DNA of 64,000 nt, taken from Giardia intestinalis (taxonomy: Eukaryota). Where the stretch lies: the NCBI GenBank assembly GCA_000002435.2, contig CM018791.1. One strand, given 5' to 3'. Shown one piece after another: positions 20,301 through 28,933 of the stretch; within the stretch, counting starts at the first letter, position 1; every line of letters starts with the position of its first letter. The notes beneath the pieces were generated by a model. It worked only from the letters and a program-made list of their open reading frames with translations. It was not told the origin of the DNA and ran no database searches. Both the position numbers and the translations under genes were made by a program.

Positions 20301-20480
20301 AGCTTCGGAGTCAATAAGGATTTGGACCATCTGCGAATCATTTCGACGGGCTGCTATTATCAGCCCCGTATCGTCATCTTCTGCACGAGATCTAGCATAA
20401 ACCGACAAATTTGCAAGTACATATTCATAATTTCCTGTACATATAGCCTCAAACCATGCTTGCGTGGCGGGACACGCCAT
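17307..20480 (-). CDS. Ankyrin-repeat / coiled-coil protein (Protein 21.1-like)
   Basis: 1057 aa with a verified ATG. N-terminal ankyrin repeats (GLTPLMVAVQSS, GRTALDHAVIQRKFSCVMYLL) are followed by S/T-rich spacer and coiled coil (LQAQLLDAKAQIHRLATNNTSLNIRIVELEKQ). About 10 C-terminal ankyrin repeats follow (GNTPLMLAIYNND, GNTALMLAALMNRSKLIPALMEKEA, GRTALMHAAECDS, GWTALMHATRERVHPVIKLLADLEAG). Confidence 0.85.
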   Translation of the reverse strand: MACPATQAWFEAICTGNYEYVLANLSVYARSRAEDDDTGLIIAARRNDSQMVQILIDSEAGLTNSKGDSALITSVRHDHVYVCRILVEREYRIRTIDGLTPLMVAVQSSSISCFPYLFPYLSFEKDYQGRTALDHAVIQRKFSCVMYLLNHKIFTKRDLEHAMELAISLGTLYTRDILNQYLSSGEYLLSPQIGVSAQEEPQSSTSSQEQIAPMLRSLSRTQHTAKNHGTSNQYKAAPERSHSALTKPLANVPDQSPTRRSESGNFRHLKSNPRNNGSVPIGSELPQQGIHSTPPTAHQQQGRNGDAENERSSQYDILTMQETIHCQNETIEELRSKLSTLSEANKKTSKLDYERLMSLITSYQQLRVEYKKHMKECTRAHKTRRSQLNDIAIQCDQKNSEEPVSKPAPNKATVISKISDVHEQDESTYTNRSTVAVLSGHTKKTLSSREKLKMAESIAKKPSSNPDIQRLRMESADLKRQVCTLQTANNSLQAQLLDAKAQIHRLATNNTSLNIRIVELEKQSSRREKKEQVHGGPQLSQALQSSSGSTGSASTPNRHKDCVRNTKKRMDSGKYSTTEGVPEQGSVDLDALTDPPGITLTKLNVADEEQSQQSHEPQPFKTDHSRGPALTIEELGNRLLETYESVTKHDDLQIEIEHLRKELRRMQIISMALLDEELTHSADKNPILTVHVGNDVSDASEKTHYINKVALRSELLKSLTDNFGAEEATSSEETGLSSKECAKDERGNTPLMLAIYNNDISELNKYIYMAGQTNNDGNTALMLAALMNRSKLIPALMEKEAMIKRHDGETALSLALKEEHYQAAKVLREYEGVPLSIPFEHTNKTENKIDRFTELIQAAEEDDVITVWSYVEVQHGLRDEDGRTALMHAAECDSVESLIILMLYERRLGDTKGMTALMYAAIHGNVDCVKLLQKDEGRLQDVNGWTALMHATRERVHPVIKLLADLEAGVKTDRDGYTALIMAIQLHDLVSVTILSDYERGICDSAGMTPLKWIEKEREEHGCTDEQEIALYNEMARILESPSSTSYSCSTESQDDQ

Positions 20481-20622
20481 CTCAAAATGGTCACTTTAGT
20501 TAAAAGTAATTATGCCCTTGTGGTTCATTATGCGAAAGTTAGCGGAGGCTGCGATAAGGCCGCAGTATTATTTATAAAAATGAAGGTATTTGCCTGCGTG
20601 AGATTCGTACCGCATCAGGGAA

Positions 20623-23600
20623 ATGACGGCTGTCCAAAATTTAAATTCTAGTAATATGACATCTGTAGGAAAGAGTGAACTCTTGACATGGCTAGCGAAT
20701 AGCGCTGGCTACGCATCTATTTCAGACTGGAGCGTGATGACAGACGGTGTTGCGGTCATGCGATGCATTAGGAAGTTCTGGCCAATCACCTGCAGAGGTA
20801 TCATCACCGGTGGTTTTAACTGGACAATAACTGAGGAAGAAGAGAAGAGGCGAAACTGGAGAGTGATAGAACAGTGTCTTAAAGCTGTGACAGTTCCCAT
20901 TGAAATCTTTGAGTTTGGAAAGATTGCACAAGGAAAGAAAAAGGCATGCTACCACTTCCTCGTCATGATGTACTTTATTGGGGCAATCCACTCTGGGACT
21001 GCAAAGAACATTGCATTTGCATATCCTATTGAGGCACCGTTGAAGGAATTTTTGCAAAGTGAAAGGGTTGTAAAGGTTGCGCAGATGGATGCTCAGAAGC
21101 GGCACCACCAGCGCAAGCCTAAATGTTATAGCACTACTCCAAGTAATTTGACCATGATTGATGCAGACGAGTGTGATGATATATTTGAACCCCTGAACTT
21201 TTCGACAAAAGACTTGGTCAACATCTTTGCGGATACAGATTTTTGCACCAGCCCGAATACCAAGACGCCCAATCGTCATCACCCGTCTGGTCTCGTGCAT
21301 TTGCAACTTGCAGGAGAGAAGGTGAAGAGTGTTCTATCACAGAACATAGCAGCTACTGCAAAAACCGTACGTGAGGGAGAAGAGTATTCTGCCATGTCTC
21401 CCTGCAAGTCTGTCAGTTCGTCCGTTTCTAAGCCCCCAATATCACCTGAAGAGCACCCTGATACTGTTAAATCCTTCAAAACGCGTGAGAGCTCTGTTAC
21501 ATCTTTGCATGGTAGGGAAAGTGTTACAATATCAGAAGGAAGCACATGCAAGCACCGCTCTTCGCAAGACGAATCTTTTCGTTCATGCCCGCAGTTTATT
21601 ACACCTTCTCATTCCATTTCAGAAGACCGCGAAGATATTGCTAAAGAGGAGTTTCAAGCAGTTCATCCCAGCCCTAAAAAACTATCGCCACCAAACTCTT
21701 TTGCTGCCATAAAGGCCGCAGCTACCGCTGCAGTACTTAACGCGAGCAGGGGTCCAATGGAATCATCAACCAGCAGCGTGATACATCAACTTCCAGAACA
21801 GGTCGGCATTCCCTCTATTCAGAATCATGCCATTAGACGATTCATCGCAACATCCAAGCCGTCCCTCAGCGGATCTCCTCGTCCAGCAAGCGAAAAGACT
21901 CCACTATCTCGAAATGATGGCTCGCTTCGCCAAGTATCTGCAAGATCCAGGCCATCAGCCTTTCGGACATCCACAGTTACCCATTCGGGCTGCTCTGCTG
22001 GGATTTCTCCTTCTTGTAGCCCTTCAGTATCTCGCTATATGCGTCTCAATAGCCCATCTACCGGTGTTTCCCGTTTTCACGATAATGGAGCCCATTATCA
22101 GGAATCCGGTTTGAAGATTAACTATCTTTATGACTCTAAAAAAGAAGCTACCAGCTCTATTTCGTCAATATGTTCTTCCATGAACAACTCATCTGCAGCT
22201 ACACTTTCATTATTACAAACAGACGAGAAAGCTCAGGCCTATGTAGAAAAGGTCGGTACGATGTTGCAGCAGTTGAATTCAAAAGATGCTAACACAATTG
22301 AGGTAAAAACGGCCACGTCTTCAAAGCCACCTCATATGGCAGGTTTGGCTCTTCTCTCATTTAGTAATTCAGATGCCTCAGAGGGGGCATCCGATTTGCA
22401 AATGGGGCTCGATACCGGTGCGGCAAATTCATCTAAAGAAGCTAGCACAACAGTAGCCCCCCAAAGAACGTCAAGCGCTAACAGCAATCTACGCTCTAGT
22501 ATGCTCTCCCACACACCCTCAAAATCTAGCACCGCTGATTGCTTTTCCTGCCCTTCAAGCGAAGAAATTAGCAATGAGGTCAATTCTACTGTGAGTTCTA
22601 TGAAGCCACTTGGCGAACAAAAGTCGCTAGCTGACTACGAAAGGGGATCAAGCGTACCTAAAAATCTTCCTCGCTGGCCAAGCAAGAAGGTGACCAAAGG
22701 AATCTCTCCGATTGCACCAACAGATCCTTCTACCAGCACAACCTCTTTTATCAACCAAACTCATGGACTTGATGTTACAAACTCCCTTCTAAACGATACT
22801 AAGCTGACGCTAACAAGCAGTAACACAGTCAACGTCTCTAATATTGTTTCAATGTATAGTTCAGACTGCCCCACCAGTATCCTAAGTTCCGGAATTCAAG
22901 GCTCTGGCATTAGTCTTGTTAGTTCCAGCAATGGAAGCATGGCACCGACGAATACAAGCATGGCAGATGTAGAAAAGGCTACCCAAAGTGTGAAATATCT
23001 TGGGCCATCTTCTGAAAAGCCTGCGGAAACAGACCTTGTTTACGACCTTTCATCTAAGCCTAGCATGGTTAATCTTTTGCATTCTCAATTTGGTGCGTTT
23101 CCAGTTGCAGTTGATAGTAGTACCAGCATTCCAATGGTTATAAGCTCTTTCAGTAGTACTTATTCTCAGCCACCTCCTCCGGCACCAAATCCTAGATCGT
23201 TGGCCATTAATTTACAAAGAGTACACCAAGAAGTATCCTTACCAAGTGCACTACCCCCTGCCGAACAGCGTGAGCTTTCATCTCTTAAAACAAGTGGGGA
23301 TCTGATTAATTGTGGCTCGCCCGTGATAGAGCATACTCAAAATCTCCAGTCATCTACAAGCTTTCCAGATAATATTTCACTGAGTCTTAACGTTGGTGAT
23401 GCATCTAGATATTCAGGGGCCTATCTAACAGGCTCCACAAAGCAATGTCTGCCCTCGTCTGCTTCTGATACGTTTCTGTTTGCCAGCTCCACAAGCGGCC
23501 TTGGACTTACTGGCGGAACACATAGCCTTTTCACTGATTTACAAGAGGCTCGTGAGGGCACAGCAAACATACTCAAGATAACTAATAATATGGATGAACA

Positions 23601-25881
23601 GCACCCTTCTAGTCAGAGCACTCCGTATAGTATTAACACAAGCCTATACACAAGCGAAAGTAACCATAATATTCCCAGCACAGAGTCCTTAGATAAGCAT
23701 AAGGTTACCAGCGGACGACCGCAACCATCCATACCTATTCTGCTTACTTCTGGGAGCATTGCCGATAGACCCTCTTTCATACCTCGCTCTCAGGCCCCTC
23801 CGTCAGCGTCTGTGGGCCAGAGCCAATCGTCGTTGGATCCAGAACAAGTTGCTGACATGGCTCTTATCAAGTCTGTTTGCAACAAATTCAATGACATGGA
23901 AGAGCTATCTCGCCAAAAGGACGTACAAATTGATAGCTATGGAGACCTTCTTGTTAATCTTGAGGAGATGTTCAGAATTTCAAAGGAAGAAGCTGCGAGG
24001 ATTCAAGAAATTTACGACAAAAAGATTAGGTTTTTGGACAAGTTTTCCACCAAAAAGGCATTCATCATTGCACACGCTTTGCACACAGAGTTTCTCAAGA
24101 AGAAGTTCTCTCTCAACGGAGTAGAAGAGAAAGAAGAACTAAAGGACTTCCAGAACATGCTTTTAAGCTATCAGAGTGTAGTTGCAAAATATACAGATGA
24201 ACTGAAGACGTTTGAGGCCTCGTTACGAGACGATCTGTTTTCGTTGTCAAAATTTGAAGAGAAGTATAATGATTTGACAAATAACAAGTACATTGCAGCG
24301 CTTAAAGCGATGAATACAGAGCTTGCCCTAAAGCTTGGACAAGCAACGGAAGAGCTAGCCCAACTAACGAACCTATCCATGAACAATGCATTGTCTAATA
24401 CTAGCCCTGTTGCTGACCTGCATCGCTCAGGCCCCGAGGTTGATTCTCCAGATCTCTGCTTTGCAGCTAGTCGCATACCAGCTGCTGTCACAGAGACTGC
24501 CTTTAGTCATCTTCGCAACCCTACAAATCTTTCTCCATCTTCATCACAGACATCCCAGGTTCTTCAACCAGGTAGCCTAACAATAGACACTTTTATCAAG
24601 ACTCTTGTCATGAATAGTCAGCTCCTCACAAAACTGGAGGACACAATAAGCGAACTGGATAGATACAAAGCACATTCCGGGATAATTGATCCTATCAATA
24701 TGGAGTTGGCTACCTTGGCACTGGCGTCAACTGCTATGACCAGTACTAATCCAGAACATGCTCTCAAAAACTATGAAAGTAGTATCTTGCATGTCTTGCA
24801 ACTGCTGAAAAGTAGCGCCAATCATTATCTAGACCAAGATGCAGCGGCCATCATCATCAAAAACCTTGGGTTGGAAAATGTGGTTCTTCCATCAGTCGTC
24901 AAGTCTATTATAGATCAGCATCGTGACATCTTGCTTGAGTTGACTAGAGATGGTCCCGTTAATGCCACCTGTCCTGCGGCATCTCAGATAGCGAACATAG
25001 CTGCAACGCTTTTTGACGAGGACTCCATAGCTGCCATCTTACGGGAAAATAACATCGACAATACTGAGCGTAATCGATTTTTATACTTACGTTCTGTTGC
25101 GGCACAGCTGCTCTGTTCCGAAAACATTCTTTCCCATAGGCTTAATGCTTCACAGTTATATCTTCAAAACGTAGCCCAGTTCATGCAAAAATATGCCCCA
25201 ACCCTTGCCGGTGGGGTACTGGCAGATGCAGATAGCAGGGAGCGTATAGTAAGCATGGTTAGCGCAGATATTAATAAGCTCCGTACCAATTATGGATCTA
25301 AGCTTCTCAACACTCAATCAGCCGTGGCCCAACTGGTGAGGGAAAATGACTCGCTCAAAGCAGAGTTGCTTCACTATAAACAAATAGTTGGTAGTGCGCT
25401 GACCGACGCGACCCCTATAGCTTCCACTGTCCAACAGCTGAAGCAGCGTGATGCTCTCTTCTTTGAGCTTCTTGGTCTTTATGAAAAACTGCTTCGCGGG
25501 AACAACGGAGAAGAGGAACAGCTGAAATCTTATCTGAACGATATCACGCTCTTTAAGGCAGAACTTCAAAAGAGCACTATCAACTACGAACAGCTTGCAC
25601 GGGACCGTACAAATAGCGTAATCACAGACACTATACACAACTATTTACACGTTGTACAGTCGGAACTAGACGATAGAACAGAGCAGCTAGCGGTTATCAA
25701 AAATAACCTTATAACCGAGCGATCTAACACGGATCTGATTTGCGAACACTCCAGAGTCTTAGAGGACCGCATTGCAAGGTTGGAGGCAGAAAATTACAAC
25801 TTACGACTCTTATCGAAGGAAAGCTCTGTGCATGCAGACCTTTCGTCTCTTATGGCTAGTACGCCTCTGCTCAGCTACTAG
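20623..25881 (+). CDS. Giant coiled-coil protein with N-terminal HOOK/calponin-homology-like domain
   Basis: 1752 aa with ATG at 20623. The N-terminal ~150 aa (SELLTWLANSAGYASISDWSVMTDGVAVMRCIRKFWPI ... RRNWRVIEQCLKAV ... KKACYHFLVMMYF) follow the HOOK-domain/CH-fold pattern (LLTWL ... NWR/K ... NLK). About 900 aa of Ser/Thr-rich low complexity follow, then about 700 aa of coiled coil. AGTGAAC overlaps the TAG stop. Confidence 0.8.
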   Translation: MTAVQNLNSSNMTSVGKSELLTWLANSAGYASISDWSVMTDGVAVMRCIRKFWPITCRGIITGGFNWTITEEEEKRRNWRVIEQCLKAVTVPIEIFEFGKIAQGKKKACYHFLVMMYFIGAIHSGTAKNIAFAYPIEAPLKEFLQSERVVKVAQMDAQKRHHQRKPKCYSTTPSNLTMIDADECDDIFEPLNFSTKDLVNIFADTDFCTSPNTKTPNRHHPSGLVHLQLAGEKVKSVLSQNIAATAKTVREGEEYSAMSPCKSVSSSVSKPPISPEEHPDTVKSFKTRESSVTSLHGRESVTISEGSTCKHRSSQDESFRSCPQFITPSHSISEDREDIAKEEFQAVHPSPKKLSPPNSFAAIKAAATAAVLNASRGPMESSTSSVIHQLPEQVGIPSIQNHAIRRFIATSKPSLSGSPRPASEKTPLSRNDGSLRQVSARSRPSAFRTSTVTHSGCSAGISPSCSPSVSRYMRLNSPSTGVSRFHDNGAHYQESGLKINYLYDSKKEATSSISSICSSMNNSSAATLSLLQTDEKAQAYVEKVGTMLQQLNSKDANTIEVKTATSSKPPHMAGLALLSFSNSDASEGASDLQMGLDTGAANSSKEASTTVAPQRTSSANSNLRSSMLSHTPSKSSTADCFSCPSSEEISNEVNSTVSSMKPLGEQKSLADYERGSSVPKNLPRWPSKKVTKGISPIAPTDPSTSTTSFINQTHGLDVTNSLLNDTKLTLTSSNTVNVSNIVSMYSSDCPTSILSSGIQGSGISLVSSSNGSMAPTNTSMADVEKATQSVKYLGPSSEKPAETDLVYDLSSKPSMVNLLHSQFGAFPVAVDSSTSIPMVISSFSSTYSQPPPPAPNPRSLAINLQRVHQEVSLPSALPPAEQRELSSLKTSGDLINCGSPVIEHTQNLQSSTSFPDNISLSLNVGDASRYSGAYLTGSTKQCLPSSASDTFLFASSTSGLGLTGGTHSLFTDLQEAREGTANILKITNNMDEQHPSSQSTPYSINTSLYTSESNHNIPSTESLDKHKVTSGRPQPSIPILLTSGSIADRPSFIPRSQAPPSASVGQSQSSLDPEQVADMALIKSVCNKFNDMEELSRQKDVQIDSYGDLLVNLEEMFRISKEEAARIQEIYDKKIRFLDKFSTKKAFIIAHALHTEFLKKKFSLNGVEEKEELKDFQNMLLSYQSVVAKYTDELKTFEASLRDDLFSLSKFEEKYNDLTNNKYIAALKAMNTELALKLGQATEELAQLTNLSMNNALSNTSPVADLHRSGPEVDSPDLCFAASRIPAAVTETAFSHLRNPTNLSPSSSQTSQVLQPGSLTIDTFIKTLVMNSQLLTKLEDTISELDRYKAHSGIIDPINMELATLALASTAMTSTNPEHALKNYESSILHVLQLLKSSANHYLDQDAAAIIIKNLGLENVVLPSVVKSIIDQHRDILLELTRDGPVNATCPAASQIANIAATLFDEDSIAAILRENNIDNTERNRFLYLRSVAAQLLCSENILSHRLNASQLYLQNVAQFMQKYAPTLAGGVLADADSRERIVSMVSADINKLRTNYGSKLLNTQSAVAQLVRENDSLKAELLHYKQIVGSALTDATPIASTVQQLKQRDALFFELLGLYEKLLRGNNGEEEQLKSYLNDITLFKAELQKSTINYEQLARDRTNSVITDTIHNYLHVVQSELDDRTEQLAVIKNNLITERSNTDLICEHSRVLEDRIARLEAENYNLRLLSKESSVHADLSSLMASTPLLSY

Positions 25882-28049
25882 TGAACACTTCTCCGCGATC
25901 TGCGCTGTGATCTTTGCGACAGAGCTCTTTGTTCATAGCCGAGGTATGGGGCGAGAAGCTGCTTTATCGTTAATCTATCATCTCTCCAGTGAGGGACCTC
26001 ATCAAGAGCCTTTTGTGCATGCTGTGACTCCTTCTCAGCAAGGATTTCTATGCAGGCTAAAGATGCTTCGGGGGACGACGCTGCCCAAACCAGTGCTGAC
26101 CACCCAGCGTATTGTTGCTTTATATCTGGGGCTGCTTGCACCATTCCGGCCTCGTGCGGAATTAACTGTGCAACTGTCTCAACACAACCATTGTACGCAG
26201 CTATCATAAGCGCTGTGTGACCGCTACCCCATCTTGAAGAGGCATTAGTAATCAGTTTTGATTCATGAGGCAGTAAGAGCTCCACTATATCCACGTAATT
26301 ACGTTCTGCCGCATACATTAGTGCAGTGTACCCTTGACAGTCTTGCAGCCCTGCTTCATACTGGGCAAGAATCCGTACTGCAGTAGAATTTCCAGAGCAT
26401 GCGGCGAGCATTAGTGTAGATCGTTTGTTAGTTGGTTCTACATACCCTGCAGCCAGCGGAGAAAGCAAAATTATCGCGTCAGTCCTGCACTTTTGAACTG
26501 CGAGCATTAGTGGCGAAGCCACCTCAATTTTTCCAAATTCCTCGGTTACCAAAGTGCCGATAGATAGGTTTCCTTCCTTAGAAATAAGATATTTGTATGA
26601 AAAGGAGCACTTGTTCTTCAGTGCTACAAAAAGACATGTTGTTCCATCAACGCACCTCCAGCCAGACTCTCTTAACGTGTCTGTGTATCTTTTTTGATCA
26701 ACTTCTATCAAGACAGACGCAGAATCATAGTTATTTGTTTCCAGCGCGTGTCGTAGTGCTGTTTTCCCTTGATTGTCCTGCATCCCGTACTCTATAGTGC
26801 TGAGAAGCTTCACGGCGGCCACGTTGCCATGCTGCGCTGCAAGCATAAGTGCTGTTTCACCTGTATCAGTCCTTCTGCCAGCATAAGGGAGGAGGGTGTC
26901 CAAAACTGCGTTCATATTGTTATCGATAATTGCTTGCATAAGGGGGGTAAGAGAACCATTTTCAGTGCATGGTGGCAAGGAGCATCCAGGAAACTCAGCT
27001 ACTGCTGAAATAAGAGAAGCAAATCTACTCTGAACAACCTGAAGGGTATCCTTTTGTGCTGCCATCAACGAATAGATATTTCTGACTTCCGTGGCGAGCT
27101 TCTTCCCATCATCTGTTTCTAGATAGTTAGACGCTACCTCTTTAGAGATTATCGATGCTGACGACAGTGGTGTGCTAGCTACATTGTCAGCTAGTGTCTC
27201 AACGACATCTGCAATTGACTTCTGTGCGCCCTTCTTGCTGTGCATAAACTGTGGAATAGACTCTTGAACCTGCTCACTCTGCTCCATGACTGTGTGGGTC
27301 TGTAGAAGAATTGAGACCGTGCTCTTCTCTTCCAATAAAGCGTCTCGGTTGCTAGCTACCATAGAGTAAATCGGCCGAAGCGCTGCGAACATCTTTATTA
27401 ATGATTCTGTTAGAAATGTATTTTCTTCGGTAATTGATTGGATGGTTTGTAAAGCAGCTCGGAGAGTAAGTGTGCTCCCAGAGGAAATAAACTTGAGTGC
27501 TAATTGCAGCATCTGCTGAATGGCAACAGAAGATCGAGAGCCATCAACACAGAGGTCCAGGGCATCTAAAAGGTCCTTCTGAGCGTAAGCCTGGGTCTCC
27601 AGCAACGTTTCTATCATCGAGTAATGCCGAGCACGCACAGCCTGGTTGAGAGCAGTCTCATGTTCGCCTGTCGACGAGTCACACAGAAATGTGGACAAAA
27701 TCCTGAGAGATCGGAAGGCACCGCATGCAGCGGCCAGGGCCAGAGGAGACCCGTACCCGGGTACGGGGGTATTCTCCTCTAGGGGCGCCAGCAAACAGAC
27801 CAGTTCTGGAGCGTCTAGCTCAATAGCTATACCCAAGGCAGGATACCCTCTAGAATCTAGGAGAGAGTGCTCAAATGGAAGGAGAAGGGAGGCTATCTGC
27901 ACATCGCGAGCCCTGACAGCGGTGATAAGGGCAGTATCTCCAAGGTTGTTCCGAGCACCGAGATGTTTATGTACAGAGCGAAGAATGGAATCTGCATCCT
28001 GTGCACGGACTGCTGCAAACCACTCTGCCTTAGTCTTCAGTATTGACAT
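25878..28049 (-). CDS. Ankyrin-repeat protein (Protein 21.1-like)
   Basis: 723 aa with a verified ATG. Repeats are present at both ends (GDTALITAVRARDVQIASLLLPFE, GETALMLAAQHGNVAAVKLLSTIEYG, GYTALMYAAERNYVDIVELLLPHE, GHTALMIAAYNGCVETVAQLIPHEAG). Its stop shares the tetranucleotide CTAG with the stop of the convergent gene 20623..25881. Confidence 0.85.
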   Translation of the reverse strand: MSILKTKAEWFAAVRAQDADSILRSVHKHLGARNNLGDTALITAVRARDVQIASLLLPFEHSLLDSRGYPALGIAIELDAPELVCLLAPLEENTPVPGYGSPLALAAACGAFRSLRILSTFLCDSSTGEHETALNQAVRARHYSMIETLLETQAYAQKDLLDALDLCVDGSRSSVAIQQMLQLALKFISSGSTLTLRAALQTIQSITEENTFLTESLIKMFAALRPIYSMVASNRDALLEEKSTVSILLQTHTVMEQSEQVQESIPQFMHSKKGAQKSIADVVETLADNVASTPLSSASIISKEVASNYLETDDGKKLATEVRNIYSLMAAQKDTLQVVQSRFASLISAVAEFPGCSLPPCTENGSLTPLMQAIIDNNMNAVLDTLLPYAGRRTDTGETALMLAAQHGNVAAVKLLSTIEYGMQDNQGKTALRHALETNNYDSASVLIEVDQKRYTDTLRESGWRCVDGTTCLFVALKNKCSFSYKYLISKEGNLSIGTLVTEEFGKIEVASPLMLAVQKCRTDAIILLSPLAAGYVEPTNKRSTLMLAACSGNSTAVRILAQYEAGLQDCQGYTALMYAAERNYVDIVELLLPHESKLITNASSRWGSGHTALMIAAYNGCVETVAQLIPHEAGMVQAAPDIKQQYAGWSALVWAASSPEASLACIEILAEKESQHAQKALDEVPHWRDDRLTIKQLLAPYLGYEQRALSQRSQRRSRRSVH
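25880..25886 (+). terminator. Putative polyadenylation signal AGTGAAC overlapping the TAG stop of gene 20623..25881
   Basis: Sequence gctacTAGTGAACac. The stop TAG is at 25879..25881, and AGTGAAC begins inside it. Confidence 0.5.
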
Positions 28050-28185
28050 ACAACGTGCGGAACAAGCAGCTATGAGCCTTTAGGATTCAAAGCCACCCAG
28101 TTATGAATTATTATTCCAAATAATAAATGGGCGAATGGTCACCGGGATTTAAGGGGTGCCGCTAAAAGGCAAAATTTAGAATTTC

Positions 28186-28530
28186 ATGAGCTTCAAATGT
28201 GACAACCAGGTCGACTTCATGGTCTTGCAGCGTGAGAGAGAAGCGCGCGAAGAAAAATCCCGTGCAGAGTGGGAGGCTAAATTTGGTCGTCCATATACGG
28301 CCTCCTGTGTTGCGTCCTACAACTTAACCGACTACTGCAGAGAGCAGTTCGGGCTTCCAAAGAGGCAGCGATCTGGCGCTGAGGATGGACTCACAGTAAT
28401 TCCAGAGCCCTATAGACGGGCTGTCCGGCCAAAAACGGAGGGCGATGTTATCGGATTATATAGGGATGATTATGATCAAAAGCTGTTCAATCCGCACAAG
28501 TATGGAATTCGCCGCACGGTATTCGACTGA
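28186..28530 (+). CDS. Small hypothetical protein, member A of a tandem paralogous pair (unknown family)
   Basis: 114 aa with ATG at 28186. It shares the conserved skeleton W-E-x2-F-G-x2-Y-x2-S-C-x2-S-Y-x-L-x-D-x-C-R-x2-F-G-L-P-x-R ... I-P-E-P-Y-R-R ... I-G ... D-D with the adjacent ORF 28576..28920. No match to a family I recognise. Confidence 0.6.
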   Translation: MSFKCDNQVDFMVLQREREAREEKSRAEWEAKFGRPYTASCVASYNLTDYCREQFGLPKRQRSGAEDGLTVIPEPYRRAVRPKTEGDVIGLYRDDYDQKLFNPHKYGIRRTVFD

Positions 28531-28575
28531 TCTTTAGGTCAAAACACTCTCTGTGTCAGCTTCAATTTACATAAA

Positions 28576-28920
28576 ATGCCAGCGGACCCCATTGACGCCG
28601 TTTCTGAAATCGAGAATACGCGCAGGCGAGAAAAGCACATAGAGGACTTAGCCAGGAAGTGGGAACAGCGCTTTGGTTCTGAGTACGTTCAGTCATGCGC
28701 TGACAGCTACAGACTTAGAGACGAATGTAGGGTACACTTTGGCCTCCCAGAGCGCTCGGTTGTTCAAGAAAATTGGTCTATCGATAGAATTCCGGAGCCA
28801 TATCGCAGAACTGACCGTCTAGAACTAACCTCAGATACGATTGGGTACTTCCAGGACGACTTTGAAGGCCGGATCTTTCCTCGTAGAGAGCATGCGCCCA
28901 AACGCGTTCCATTCACTTGA
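28576..28920 (+). CDS. Small hypothetical protein, member B of the tandem paralogous pair
   Basis: 114 aa with ATG at 28576. It is about 40% identical to 28186..28530 over the C-terminal ~90 aa with the same length. The DNA is well diverged, so this is not a recent duplication or an assembly artefact. Confidence 0.6.
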   Translation: MPADPIDAVSEIENTRRREKHIEDLARKWEQRFGSEYVQSCADSYRLRDECRVHFGLPERSVVQENWSIDRIPEPYRRTDRLELTSDTIGYFQDDFEGRIFPRREHAPKRVPFT

Positions 28921-28933
28921 CCTCACTCTGTCG

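Noticed and set aside
20722-21306. 194-aa minus-strand ORF inside the HOOK-like coiled-coil gene, and similar 80-170-aa antisense ORFs (2734..3111, 4337..4690, 13545..13919, 28841..29203, 36355..36798, 10660..11172)
   Set aside because: All lie fully inside longer, motif-supported genes on the other strand or frame. Their compositions are junk-like, and none has an independent promoter-like element.
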